NCBI RefSeq assembly: GCF_037042905.1
Contig: NC_087251.1
Span: 14,448,001-14,512,000, forward strand
Length of the DNA: 64,000 nt
Reading direction: 5' to 3'
Origin: Lytechinus pictus
Taxonomy: Eukaryota
The position numbers and the translations under genes were made by a program. The notes under the pieces are model-generated. The model searched no databases and was not told where the DNA came from. It was given only the letters and a program-made list of their open reading frames with translations. This document shows positions 13,656 to 26,900 of this stretch, in pieces; positions within the stretch are counted from its first letter, which is position 1; every line of letters begins with the position of its first letter.

Positions 13656-14834
13656 TAAACTTCCAGGCTTGAAAATTTCCTTTCTGTGGTGATCCAGTAA
13701 CAAATACTCTACAAATTTGCAGTTTTTATAAAATATATGTACAGACAAAAGAGCAGGAAAAGAAACAAATCTACTAGCAAAATGATGATCTGTTAAGAAC
13801 CAAACCGCAAAACAAAATAGTAAGTATACAGCAACTGAATTCTCCATGTAAGTCCTAAATACAAAATACAAAAGCACTATATCTATGGTGAAAAAAAATA
13901 TATATATGACATAAAACGCTTACAATAAGAAAAAAAATACCAGAGTTGTTAAAAAACAATATTAATATGGCAAGTCATTACTGTATTATATTGCTGTTTG
14001 GGGCGGGGGTGGGACGCAAACCCAAATCCTTGACCACTAAACCCAGGACCCAATCCTGTTACATTCAGAAAACTGAAATTGATGATTGCACAAACATGAA
14101 TATCCATAACATTATGGATTTATACAGGTAAAATATCAGTTACAGACTCAATTTTTCATGTCTTTCTTTCACCAAAATTACCACAAGAATATATATTGGA
14201 TATACAAGTTTTATCAATGAAACTGTAAGAGATATTCTAATTAGAAACGGTTGACTTGAGAACTTGGGTGCAATGTTCACTTCCAAACATTGTCACCAAC
14301 AGGAGATACATACCAGTGATGCCCTGGAATAGATTCTTTTTAATTTACAATAAGAAGTCCTGTAAATTGCATGAAAACCATATACAACATGAATCATTAC
14401 ATGTGACAGGACCCTTGCATAAAATTTGAAACGTTTGTTTTGCAGAGGGTTTATTCTTGTACTAGTATACTTTTGGGCATTAATCAATAATAAAGGGGAG
14501 CTAAAAAAGAAAGAGAAAAAATATTTCCAAGAAACAGGTGCAAAAATAGCTTCTATGAATCAAAGTAATTGTAAAGCAAACCAAGTGGTCTTTATACTTT
14601 TAAAATTCTTCAAAATAATAAAGAAGGAAAAAATTATGGCATAATATGTATATGGTGTAAAAAACTTTTTCATAAAACTGTAAAAAAAATATGAAAGACA
14701 AAAGCCATATTATATCTATGGTTTCAATGGCATACCCTGCACAACCTGTTTAACTCCTACAATAAGAAAGACCAAAAATGTGGATGACAAAGATGACATA
14801 CCCAAGGTGTAAGACAATATTACCCAAAATTCTT

Positions 14835-15435
14835 TTTACCTTGGGGGCAGAGTGGATCTCTGCTTATTTCCATAAAAATGTTTTGAAGAACACGCAAAAT
14901 AAGGCAAAGTATAAAGCAAATCAATACTCCATAAAACTCCTACAATACAAAAGACATAAGCTTGACGCTAAGGTAAATATATATCACCTAAAATGCTTTA
15001 CCTTGGATCTCTGCTTAATCAAAAAAAAAAAGGTTTGAAGAACAAGCAAAATAAAGCAAAGTATAAAGCAAATCAATACTACATAAAACTACAATACAAA
15101 AGATTTACGGTAAGGTAAATATATATGACATGAAATGCTTTACCTTGCATGCAGAGTGGATTTCTGCTTATGTCCATAAAATGTTTTTAAGAACAAGCAA
15201 AATAAAGCAAAGTAAAAAGCAAATCATTACTACATAAAACTCCTACAATACAAAAGACATAAGCTTGACGCTAAGGTAAATATATATCACCTAAAATGCT
15301 TTACCTTGGATCTCTGCTTATTTCCAAAAAAAAAGGTTTGAAGAACAAGCAAAATAAAGCAAAGTACAAAGCAAATCAATACTACATAAAACTACAATAC
15401 AAAAGATTTACGGTAAGGTAAATATATATGACATA
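14835..15435. repeat. Tandem repeat, 4 x ~151 bp arranged as a ~302-bp dimer x2
   Basis: gcaaaataa(g/a)gcaaagta..aagcaaatca recurs near 14895, 15046, 15196 and 15349; copies 1/3 and 2/4 share diagnostic segments. Confidence 0.9.
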
Positions 15436-15851
15436 AAAAAAGTGTTAAGCGATATAAAAGCAAGTATGATGGTATTTCTCAGGTCTACACACCTAATGAT
15501 ATTGTACTAATATTCAACTAGAATATTTTTTTACATTTCACAAAATCTTTCAGTAAATAATGTTCATTATATCCTTATAGTATCTCATTAAAATTTGTAA
15601 TATAAGATTTTCTTGGTAACAAACCTCGGGCAGTCATTTTCAGATTAAAAAAAATAGTACCCATGTCTGCTCATCCATTTATCTGCACATGATTCAGGGA
15701 TTTTGATAAGTAAGGCAGGATTTTCAGGCTATCATATGAAATGCCCAATATTCATTAATTTGCCACAATTTTCAGTCAATTTCTTAATAAATATCTGTCC
15801 TCCTGTCTTTGAAGCATGCATACAGCTCTTGCAATTATCAAGTGCACATAC

Positions 15852-15993
15852 CCAGGGAAGAATGATATCCTTCATTATACAGCCTTGTCACAGTTTCAAG
15901 TGAATTAATCCACTGGAAATTGTCATTGGTGCCGTTCAGCTCCTCAAGTTGTAGACGAAGTTTTGACTTCCATGATGCATGGCTACGTTCAGC
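15852..15993 (-). CDS. Integrase next exon (carries the catalytic E)
   Basis: ttgttttcattttacag| then AERSHASWKSKLRLQLEELNGTNDNFQWINSLETVTRLYNEGYHSSLG |gtatgt; completes QGKAER and the W...YN...HSSLG integrase motif. Confidence 0.88.
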
Positions 15994-16690
15994 CTGTAAA
16001 ATGAAAACAAGAATTATTACAATTCATTTTGTTGCAATAATAGGAAGAAATGTGAAACATTGTTGCCTGATTTCTGACAGGTGGTTTTTAAAACCAAATT
16101 TTGGTGTCAAAAGTTGCACAAGACTTGACAGTAAAAAATCATCAAGTAACACGGTAAAACATTTTGCACAGCAGATTTATCACGTCAATTGAAATATAAT
16201 TGTAAATATACAAGGTTGGTTAGGAAAATAAATGGATTGAATTGAAAATAAAGTATGAAAATATTTGCTTGAGAATACATGTACTCTTTCACCCCATACA
16301 CGTAAATACGTCATGATATGACATATACATGTACCTGTATTGTCCCTAAAAGCTTTGAAAGGTGTAATCTCTTTCTGGCTCATGTATCAATATTGCTTGT
16401 GTGCATTCTATTCTTTTTTTTAAACACATGATGAAATATCTTCTTTCATGCAATTCTAATTCTCCTCATATCAAAACTAATAGTTTAGAAACTAAAATGT
16501 TTTTGTTTCTATTTTACACCTGTTTCCTTTAGTAGAATTACAAGAAATTTGTGATTTTTAAGTATATCATAAAGTTAAACATCATGAAGGCAAGAATCCA
16601 ATTATTATCAAATTTTCTAAATAAACATGGATTGCTGGTGCCCTGACATACCAAACAAAAAACAGAACTTTAATTATAGGATATTCTTAC

Positions 16691-17458
16691 TTTTCCTTGT
16701 GATTCTGGTTTGTAAGGTGCACTGAGGATTATTCGCACACCAAGTCGACTCATGAGCAGTCGAACAGCACCCTTAAATTCCGTCCCTCTGTCTGCTTGTA
16801 AGATTTTGGGGGGTCCAAATACATCATATACATTTCCAAGAACACCAGCTACCTCTTCTGAAGTCTTCGATTTAAGTGCCTTCAGGAACAAGTACCTGCT
16901 AAAGACATCAATCACACTCAAAATATAATTGTAATCACCCTCTCCACCTACGCTCCTCATGTCCACCAAGTCCACTTGATTCCTTTCCATTACGCTGCAC
17001 GCCCCTACAGGAATTAGTGGTGCACAGTTTTGGAATTGGGGCTTGTTCTTCTGGACCGATGGTTTCTTGTTCAACCACTTTTGGATCCCGCTCTTATGTA
17101 GACCAACAAACACCTTTTGAATTCTCTTTGTCAGTTTGAGTGCGCCATCTCCTATAGTTTCACGATAGAAGCTTTCCAATATCTCATCAATTTCATTTGT
17201 CCTGATGATGATTCTGTATGCATCATTAGTGGGAAAAACCAGTCGATCTTCCAAGTTTCTTGTAACTGGGTTGTAAATCTTCTGTATCCGTACACCTGGC
17301 CATTTTCGCAGAAATCTACTCACTCTGTGCCATTTCTGGTTTTCTTCCTTAGCAGTCTTCGTCGCCCCGTGATGTCCACTACTCAATGCATCAAACACCA
17401 GCTTGTAGGTCTCTGGATCCATCGCTGATGGGCGCCTTGACCTTTTGATGATTTTGAC
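16691..17458 (-). CDS. Integrase/transposase (rve core, Ginger/TDD/KRBA2-SCAND3 type), main exon
   Basis: ORF 16670-17422 contains ERNQVDLVDM, YILSVIDVFSRYLFL, FGPPKILQADRGTEF and SAPYKPESQGK. Polypyrimidine+AG acceptor at 17460-17459 with 12 in-frame codons before MDPETY; GTAAGA donor at 16690 in phase 0. Confidence 0.9.
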
Positions 17459-17949
17459 CTTTAATTACAAGGAAAAAAAGAAATGTAAAACATAGCGTAT
17501 GTTGGAAACGAACTACTGTAAAACTGGGTGACATTGAACCTATTCTTATAATTATTCCTTACGAGATGTACCAGATGGTTTGATACAAATTCATGTTCAT
17601 TATAATTTGGAATTGACTCTTTCATGGTACATGTTTGTAGGGGCAAGTTGCTGGAAACTGCTGTTGGGAATTTTTTTTGAGGTTCAAAATCACCTTTGGA
17701 CCGGAGTCAGATTATGATCAGCTTTTTTAAAGGCTGTTATTTAAAAATCCTATTCCCAAAAGTCTTTCTTTGTGTTTTTTTAATAATATAAAAAATATAT
17801 GGCAACAAACAAATTGACATTATATGCTGGTATCGTGTCTTCCAAGGTTATTAGTACATTTCACCACTTACATGTAACCTTGCTGGCAATGTTGGCTGTC
17901 CCCTCCCTGTTCAAGACCACGCCATGTTACGTTTATATATCAACTGCCA

Positions 17950-20900
17950 ACTAATACTTAAATCTTTGTGAAACACCCCCTGAAGAAACCCGTCTTTGTA
18001 GTCTAACCTGGCTTTAATAGGCTTTCAAGTGTGATACCCGTGCTTATGATGTAACCTGTCCTTATAGCTTAACCTCCTTTAAAGAGTTAGCTGCTTAAAA
18101 GAATAATCTTGCTTTCAGGTGTAAACTGGCTTTTAAAATGAATGCTGATCTTATCTGGGAGAGCTAGCAGTAAAAAAAGACATCACTTAACTGGTTGGAT
18201 CATGCCGAGAGGACGCGCACTACTGCGTACGTGATGTACGACTAATATTAAAATCTTTGTGAAACACCCCCTGAAGAAACCCGTCTTTGTAGTCTAACCT
18301 GGCTTTAATACGCTTTCAAGTGTGATACCCGTGCTTATGATGTAACCTGTCCTTATAGCTTAACCTCCTGTAAAGAGTTTAGCTGCTTAAAAGAATAATC
18401 TTGCTTTCAGGTGTAAACTGGCTTTTAAAATGAATGCTGATCTTATCTGGGAGAGCTAGCAGTAAAAAAAGACATCACTGAACTGGTTGGATCATGCCGA
18501 GAGGACGCGCACTACTGCATACGTGATGTACGACTAATATTAAAATCTTTGTGAAACACCCCCTGAAGAAACCCGTCTTTGTAGTCTAACCTGGCTTTAA
18601 TAGGCTTTCACGTGTGATACATGTGCTTATGATGTAACCTGTCCTTATAGCTTAACCTCCTTTAAAGAGTTAGCTGCGTAAAAGAATAATCTTGCTTTCA
18701 AGTGTAAACTGGCTTTTAAAATGTATGCTGATGTTATCTGGGAGAGCAAGCAGTAAAAAAAGACATCACTGAACTGGTTGGATCATGCCGAGAGGACGCG
18801 CACTACTGCATACGTGATGTACGACTAATATTAAAATCTTTGTGAAACACCCCCTGAAGAAACCCGTCTTTGTAGTCTAACCTGGCTTTAATAGGCTTTC
18901 ACGTGTGATACATGTGCTTATGATGTAACCTGTCCTTATAGCTTAACCTCCTTTGAAGAGTTAGCTGCGTAAAAGAATAATCTTGCTTTCAAGTGTAAAC
19001 TGGCTTTTAAAATGTATGCTGATGTTATCTGGGAGAGCAAGCAGTAAAAAAAGACATCACTGAACTGGTTGGATCATGCCAAGAGGACGCGCACTACTGC
19101 GTACGTGATGTACGACTAATACTTAAATCTTTGTGAAACACCCCCTGAAGAAACCCGTCTTTGTAGTCTAACCTGGCTTTAATAGGCTTTCAAGTGTGAT
19201 ACATGTGCTTATGATGTAACCTGTCCTTATAGCTTAACCTCCTTTAAAGAGTTAGCTGCTTAAAAGAATAATATTGCTTTCAGGTGTAAACTGGCTTTTA
19301 AAATGAATGCTGATCTTATCTGGGAGAGCGAGCAGTAAAAAAAGACATCACTGAACTGGTTGGATCATGCCGAGAGGACGCGCACTACTGCGTACGTGAT
19401 GTACGACTAATATTAAAATCTTTGTGAAACACCCCCTGAAGAAACCCGTCTTTGTAGTCTAACCTGGCTTTAATAGGCTTTCACGTGTGATACATGTGCT
19501 TATGATGTAACCTGTCCTTATAGCTTAACCTCCTTTAAAGAGTTAGCTGCGTAAAAGAATAATCTTGCTTTCAAGTGTAAACTGGCTTTTAAAATGTATG
19601 CTGATGTTATCTGGGAGAGCAAGCAGTAAAAAAAGACATCACTGAACTGGTTGGATCATGCCGAGAGGACGCGCACTACTGCATACGTGATGTACGACTA
19701 ATATTAAAATCTTTGTGAAACACCCCCTGAAGAAACCCGTCTTTGTAGTCTAACCTGGCTTTAATAGGCTTTCACGTGTGATACATGTGCTTATGATGTA
19801 ACCTGTCCTTATAGCTTAACCTCCTTTGAAGAGTTAGCTGCGTAAAAGAATAATCTTGCTTTCAAGTGTAAACTGGCTTTTAAAATGTATGCTGATGTTA
19901 TCTGGGAGAGCAAGCAGTAAAAAAAGACATCACTGAACTGGTTGGATCATGCCAAGAGGACGCGCACTACTGCGTACGTGATGTACGACTAATACTTAAA
20001 TCTTTGTGAAACACCCCCTGAAGAAACCCGTCTTTGTAGTCTAACCTGGCTTTAATAGGCTTTCAAGTGTGATACATGTGCTTATGATGTAACCTGTCCT
20101 TATAGCTTAACCTCCTTTAAAGAGTTAGCTGCTTAAAAGAATAATATTGCTTTCAGGTGTAAACTGGCTTTTAAAATGAATGCTGATCTTATCTGGGAGA
20201 GCGAGCAGTAAAAAAAGACATCACTGAACTGGTTGGATCATGCCGAGAGGACGCGCACTACTGCGTACGTGATGTACGACTAATATTAAAATCTTTGTGA
20301 AACACCCCCTGAAGAAACCCGTCTTTGTAGTCTAACCTGGCTTTAATAGGCTTTCAAGTGTGATACCCGTGCTTATGATGTAACCTGTCCTTATAGCTTA
20401 ACCTCCTTTAAAGAGTTAGCTGCTTAAAAGAATAATCTTGCTTTCAGGTGTAAACTGGCTTTTAAAATGAATGCTGATCTTATCTGGGAGAGCTAGCAGT
20501 AAAAAAAGACATCACTGAACTGGTTGGATCATGCCGAGAGGACGCGAACTGCTGCGTATGTGATGTACGACTAATATTAAAATCTTTGTGAAACACCCCC
20601 TGAAGAAACCCGTCTTTGTAGTCTAACCTGGCTTAAATAGGCTTTCAAGTGTGATACCCGTGCTTATGATGTAACCTGTCCTTATAGCTTAACCTCCTTT
20701 AAAGAGTTTAGCTGCTTAAAAGAATAATATTGCTTTCAGGTGTAAACTGGCTTTTAAAATGAATGCTGATCTTATCTGGGAGAGCTAGCAGTAAAAAAAG
20801 ACATCACTGAACTGGTTGGATCATGCCGAGAGGACGCGCACTACTGCGTACGTGATGTACGACTAATATTAAAATCTTTGTGAAACACCCCCTGAAGAAC

Positions 20901-23900
20901 CCCGTCTTTGTAGTCTAACCTGGCTTTAATAGGCTTTCAAGTGTGATACATGTGCTTATGATGTAACCTGTCCTTATAGCTTAACCTCCTTTAAAGAGTT
21001 AGCTGCTTAAAAGAATAATCTTGCTTTCAGGTGTAAACTGGCTTTTAAAATGAATGCTGATCTTATCTGGGAGAGCTAGCAGTAAAAAAGACATTACTGA
21101 ACTGGTTGGATCATGCCAAGAGGACGCGCACTACTGCGTACGTGATGTACAACTAATATTTAAATCTTTGTGAAACACCCCCTGAAGAAACCTGTCTTTG
21201 TAGTCTAACCTGGCTTTAATAGGCTTTCAAGTGTGATACCCGTGCTTATGATGTAACCTGTCCTTATAGCTTAACCTCCTTTAAAGAGTTTAGCTGCTTA
21301 AAAGAATAATCTTGCTTTCAGGTGTAAGCTGGCTTTGAAAATGAATGCTGATCTTATCTGGGAGAGCAAGCAGTAAAAAAAGACATCACTGAACTGGTTG
21401 GATCATGCCAAGAGGACGCGCACTACTGCGTACGTGATGTACGACTAATACTTAAATCTTTGTGAAACACCCCCTGAAGAAACCCGTCTTTGTAGTCTAA
21501 CCTGGCTTTAATAGGCTTTCAAGTGTGATACCCGTGCTTATGATGTAACCTGTCCTTATAGCTTAACCTCCTTTAAAGAGTTTAGCTGCTTAAAAGAATA
21601 ATCTTGCTTTCAGGTGTAAACTGGCTTTTAAAATGAATGCTGATCTTATCTGGGAGAGCTAGCATTAAAAAAGACATCACTGAACTGGTTGGATCATGCC
21701 GAGAGGACGCGAACTGCTGCGTACGTGATGTACGACTAATATTAAAATCTTTGTGAAACACCCCCTGAAGAAACCCGTCTTTGTAGTCTAACCTGGCTTT
21801 AATAGGCTTTCACGTGTGATACATGTGCTTATGATGTAACCTGTCCTTATAGCTTAACCTCCTTTAAAGAGTTGGCTGCTTAAAAGAATAATCTTGCTTT
21901 CAGGTGTAAACTGGCTTTTAAAATGTATGCTGATCTTATCTGGGAGAGCAAGCAGTAAAAAAAGACATCACTGAACTGGTTGGATCATGCCAAGAGGACG
22001 CGCACTACTGCGTACGTGATGTACGACTAATACTTAAATCTTTGTGAAACACCCCCTGAAGAAACCCGTCTTTGTAGTCTAACCTGGCTTTAATAGGCTT
22101 TCAAGTGTGATACCCGTGCTTATGATGTAACCTGTCCTTATAGCTTAACCTCCTTTAAAGAGTTAGCTGCTTAAAAGAATAATCTTGCTTTCAGGTGTAA
22201 ACTGGCTTTTAAAATGAATGCTGATCTTATCTGGGAGAGCTAGCAGTAAAAAAAGACATCACCGAACTGGTTGGATCATGCCGAGAGGACGCGCACTACT
22301 GCGTACGTAATGTACGACTAATATTAAAATCTTTGTGAAACACCCCCTGAAGAAACCCGTCTTTGTAGTCTAACCTGGCTTTAATAGGCTTTCAAGTGTG
22401 ATACCCGTGCTTATGATGTAACCTGTCCTTATATCTTAACCTCCTTTAAAGAGTTTAGCTGCTTAAAAGAATAATCTTGCTTTCAGGTGTAAACTGGCTT
22501 TTAAAATGAATGCTGATCTTATCTGGGAGAGCTAGCAGTAAAAAAAGACATCACTGAACTGGTTGGATCATGCCGAGAGGACGCGCACTACTGCATACGT
22601 GATGTACGACTAATATTAAAATCTTTGTGAAACACCCCCTGAAGAAACCCGTCTTTGTAGTCTAACCTGGCTTTAATAGGCTTTCACGTGTGATACATGT
22701 GCTTATGATGTAACCTGTCCTTATAGCTTAACCTCCTTTAAAGAGTTAGCTGCGTAAAAGAATAATCTTGCTTTCAAGTGTAAACTGGCTTTTAAAATGT
22801 ATGCTGATGTTATCTGGGAGAGCAAGCAGTAAAAAAAGACATCACTGATCTGGTTGGATCATGCCGAGAGGACGCGCACTACTGCATACGTGATGTACGA
22901 CTAATATTAAAATCTTTGTGAAACACCCCCTGAAGAAACCCGTCTTTGTAGTCTAACCTGGCTTTAATAGGCTTTCAAGTGTGATACATGTGCTTATGAT
23001 GTAACCTGTCCTTATAGCTTAACCTCCTTTAAAGAGTTAGCTGCTTAAAAGAATAATATTGCTTTCAGGTGTAAACTGGCTTTTAAAATGAATGCTGATC
23101 TTATCTGGGAGAGCGAGCAGTAAAAAAAGACATCACTGAACTGGTTGGATCATGCCGAGAGGACGCGCACTACTGCGTACGTGATGTACGACTAATATTA
23201 AAATCTTTGTGAAACACCCCCTGAAGAAACCCGTCTTTGTAGTCTAACCTGGCTTTAATAGGCTTTCAAGTGTGATACCCGTGCTTATGATGTAACCTGT
23301 CCTTATAGCTTAACCTCCTTTAAAGAGTTAGCTGCTTAAAAGAATAATCTTGCTTTCAGGTGTAAACTGGCTTTTAAAATGAATGCTGATCTTATCTGGG
23401 AGAGCTAGCAGTAAAAAAAGACATCACTGAACTGGTTGGATCATGCCGAGAGGACGCGAACTGCTGCGTACGTGATGTACGACTAATATTAAAATCTTTG
23501 TGAAACACCCCCTGAAGAAACCCGTCTTTGTAGTCTAACCTGGCTTTAATAGGCTTTCAAGTGTGATACCCGTGCTTATGATGTAACCTGTCCTTATAGC
23601 TTAACCTCCTTTAAAGAGTTTAGCTGCTTAAAAGAATAATATTGCTTTCAGGTGTAAACTGGCTTTTAAAATGAATGCTGATCTTATCTGGGAGAGCTAG
23701 CAGTAAAAAAAGACATCACTGAACTGGTTGGATCATGCCGAGAGGACGCGCACTACTGCGTACGTGATGTACGACTAATATTAAAATCTTTGTGAAACAC
23801 CCCCTGAAGAACCCCGTCTTTGTAGTCTAACCTGGCTTTAATAGGCTTTCAAGTGTGATACATGTGCTTATGATGTAACCTGTCCTTATAGCTTAACCTC

Positions 23901-26900
23901 CTTTAAAGAGTTAGCTGCTTAAAAGAATAATCTTGCTTTCAGGTGTAAACTGGCTTTTAAAATGAATGCTGATCTTATCTGGGAGAGCTAACAGTAAAAA
24001 AGACATTACTGAACTGGTTGGATCATGCCAAGAGGACGCGCACTACTGCGTACGTGATGTACAACTAATATTTAAATCTTTGTTAAACACCCCCTGAAGA
24101 AACCCGTCTTTGTAGTCTAACCTGGCTTTAATAGGCTTTCACGTTGATACCTGTGCTTATGATGTAACCTGTCCTTATAGCTTACCTCCTTTAAAGAGTT
24201 AGCTGCTTAAAAGAATTATCTTGCTTTCAGGTGTAAACTGGCCTTTAAAATGAATACTGATCTTATCTGGGAGAGCTAGCAGTAAAAAAGACATCACTGA
24301 ACTGGTTGGATCATGCCGAGAGGACGCGCACTACTGTGACGTGATGTACGACTAATACTTAAATCTTTGTGAAACACCCCCTGAAGAAACCCGTCTTTGT
24401 AGTCTAACCTGGCTTTAATAGGCTTTCAAGTGTGATACATGTGCTTATGATGTAACCTGTCCTTATAGCTTAACCTCCTTTAAAGAGTTTAGCTGCTTAA
24501 AAGAATAATCTTGCTTTCAGGTGTAAACTGGCTTTTAAAATGAATGCTGATCTTATCTGGGAGAGCTAGCAGTAAAAAAGACATCACTGAACTGGTTGGA
24601 TCATGCCAAGAGGACGCGCACTACTGCGTATGTGATGTACAACTAATATTTAAATCTTTGTTAAACACCCCCTGAAGAAACCCGTCTTTGTAGTCTAACC
24701 TGGCTTTAATAGGCTTTCACGTGTGATACATGTGCTTATGATGTAACCTGTCCTTATATCTTAACCTTCTTTAAAGAGTTTAGCTGCTTAAAAGAATAAT
24801 CTTGCTTTCAAGTGTAAACTGGCTTTTAAAATGTATGCTGATCTTATCTGGGAGAGCAAGCAGTAAAAAAAGACATCACTGAACTGGTTGGATCATGCCA
24901 AGAGGACGCGCACTACTGCGTACGTGATGTACGACTAATACTTAAATCTTTGTGAAACACCCCCTGAAGAAACCCGTCTTTGTAGTCTAACCTGGCTTTA
25001 ATAGGCTTTCAAGTGTGATACCCGTGCTTATGATGTAACCTGTCCTTATAGCTTAACCTCCTTTAAAGAGTTAGCTGCTTAAAAGAATAATCTTGCTTTC
25101 AGGTGTAAACTGGCTTTTAAAATGAATGCTGATCTTATCTGGGAGAGCTAGCAGTAAAAAAAGACATCACTAAACTGGTTGGATCATGCCGAGAGGACGC
25201 GCACTACTGCGTACGTGATGTACGACTAATATTAAAATCTTTGTGAAACACCCCCTGAAGAAACCCGTCTTTGTAGTCTAACCTGGCTTTAATAGGCTTT
25301 CAAGTGTGATACCCGTGCTTATGATGTAACCTGTCCTTATATCTTAACCTCCTTTAAAGAGTTTAGCTGCTTAAAAGAATAATCTTGCTTTCAGGTGTAA
25401 ACTGGCTTTTAAAATGAATGCTGATCTTATCTGGGAGAGCTAGCAGTAAAAAAAGACATCACTGAACTGGTTGGATCATGCCGAGAGGACGCGCACTACT
25501 GCATACGTGATGTACGACTAATATTAAAATCTTTGTGAAACACCCCCTGAAGAAACCCGTCTTTGTAGTCTAACCTGGCTTTAATAGGCTTTCACGTGTG
25601 ATACATGTGCTTATGATGTAACCTGTCCTTATAGCTTAACCTCCTTTAAAGAGTTAGCTGCGTAAAAGAATAATCTTGCTTTCAAGTGTAAACTGGCTTT
25701 TAAAATGTATGCTGATGTTATCTGGGAGAGCAAGCAGTAAAAAAAGACATCACTGATCTGGTTGGATCATGCCGAGAGGACGCGCACTACTGCATACGTG
25801 ATGTACGACTAATATTAAAATCTTTGTGAAACACCCCCTGAAGAAACCCGTCTTTGTAGTCTAACCTGGCTTTAATAGGCTTTCACGTGTGATACATGTG
25901 CTTATGATGTAACCTGTCCTTATAGCTTAACCTCCTTTGAAGAGTTAGCTGCGTAAAAGAATAATCTTGCTTTCAAGTGTAAACTGGCTTTTAAAATGTA
26001 TGCTGATGTTATCTGGGAGAGCAAGCAGTAAAAAAAGACATCACTGAACTGGTTGGATCATGCCAAGAGGACGCGCACTACTGCGTACGTGATGTACGAC
26101 TAATACTTAAATCTTTGTGAAACACCCCCTGAAGAAACCCGTCTTTGTAGTCTAACCTGGCTTTAATAGGCTTTCAAGTGTGATACCCGTGCTTATGATG
26201 TAACCTGTCCTTATAGCTTAACCTCCTTTAAAGAGTTTAGCTGCTTAAAAGAATAATCTTGCTTTCAGGTGTAAACTGGCTTTTAAAATGAATGCTGATC
26301 TTATCTGGGAGAGCGAGCAGTAAAAAAAGACATCACTGAACTGGTTGGATCATGCCGAGAGGACGCGCACTACTGCGTACGTGATGTACGACTAATATTA
26401 AAATCTTTGTGAAACACCCCCTGAAGAAACCCGTCTTTGTAGTCTAACCTGGCTTTAATAGGCTTTCAAGTGTGATACCCGTGCTTATGATGTAACCTGT
26501 CCTTATAGCTTAACCTCCTTTAAAGAGTTAGCTGCTTAAAAGAATAATCTTGCTTTCAGGTGTAAACTGGCTTTTAAAATGAATGCTGATCTTATCTGGG
26601 AGAGCTAGCAGTAAAAAAAGACATCACTGAACTGGTTGGATCATGCCGAGAGGACGCGAACTGCTGCGTACGTGATGTACGACTAATATTAAAATCTTTG
26701 TGAAACACCCCCTGAAGAAACCCGTCTTTGTAGTCTAACCTGGCTTTAATAGGCTTTCAAGTGTGATACATGTGCTTATGATGTAACCTGTCCTTATAGC
26801 TTAACCTCCTTTAAAGAGTTAGCTGCTTAAAAGAATAATATTGCTTTCAGGTGTAAACTGGCTTTTAAAATGAATGCTGATCTTATCTGGGAGAGCGAGC

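Noticed and set aside
13793..13854. Possible next integrase exon (tttag|GLTWRIQLLYTYYFVLRFGS*)
   Set aside because: Good acceptor and phase, but it lacks the expected [ST]P motif after HSSLG; not supportable without transcripts.
17117..17428. 103-aa plus-strand ORF
   Set aside because: Antisense shadow of the integrase exon with no recognisable motif.
17968..17992. Hammerhead ribozyme core in the satellite unit (gaaa ... ctgaaga)
   Set aside because: GAAA precedes CUGAAGA by only 6 nt and I find no stem II followed by GAAA; the required helices cannot be drawn. An Infernal search would settle it.
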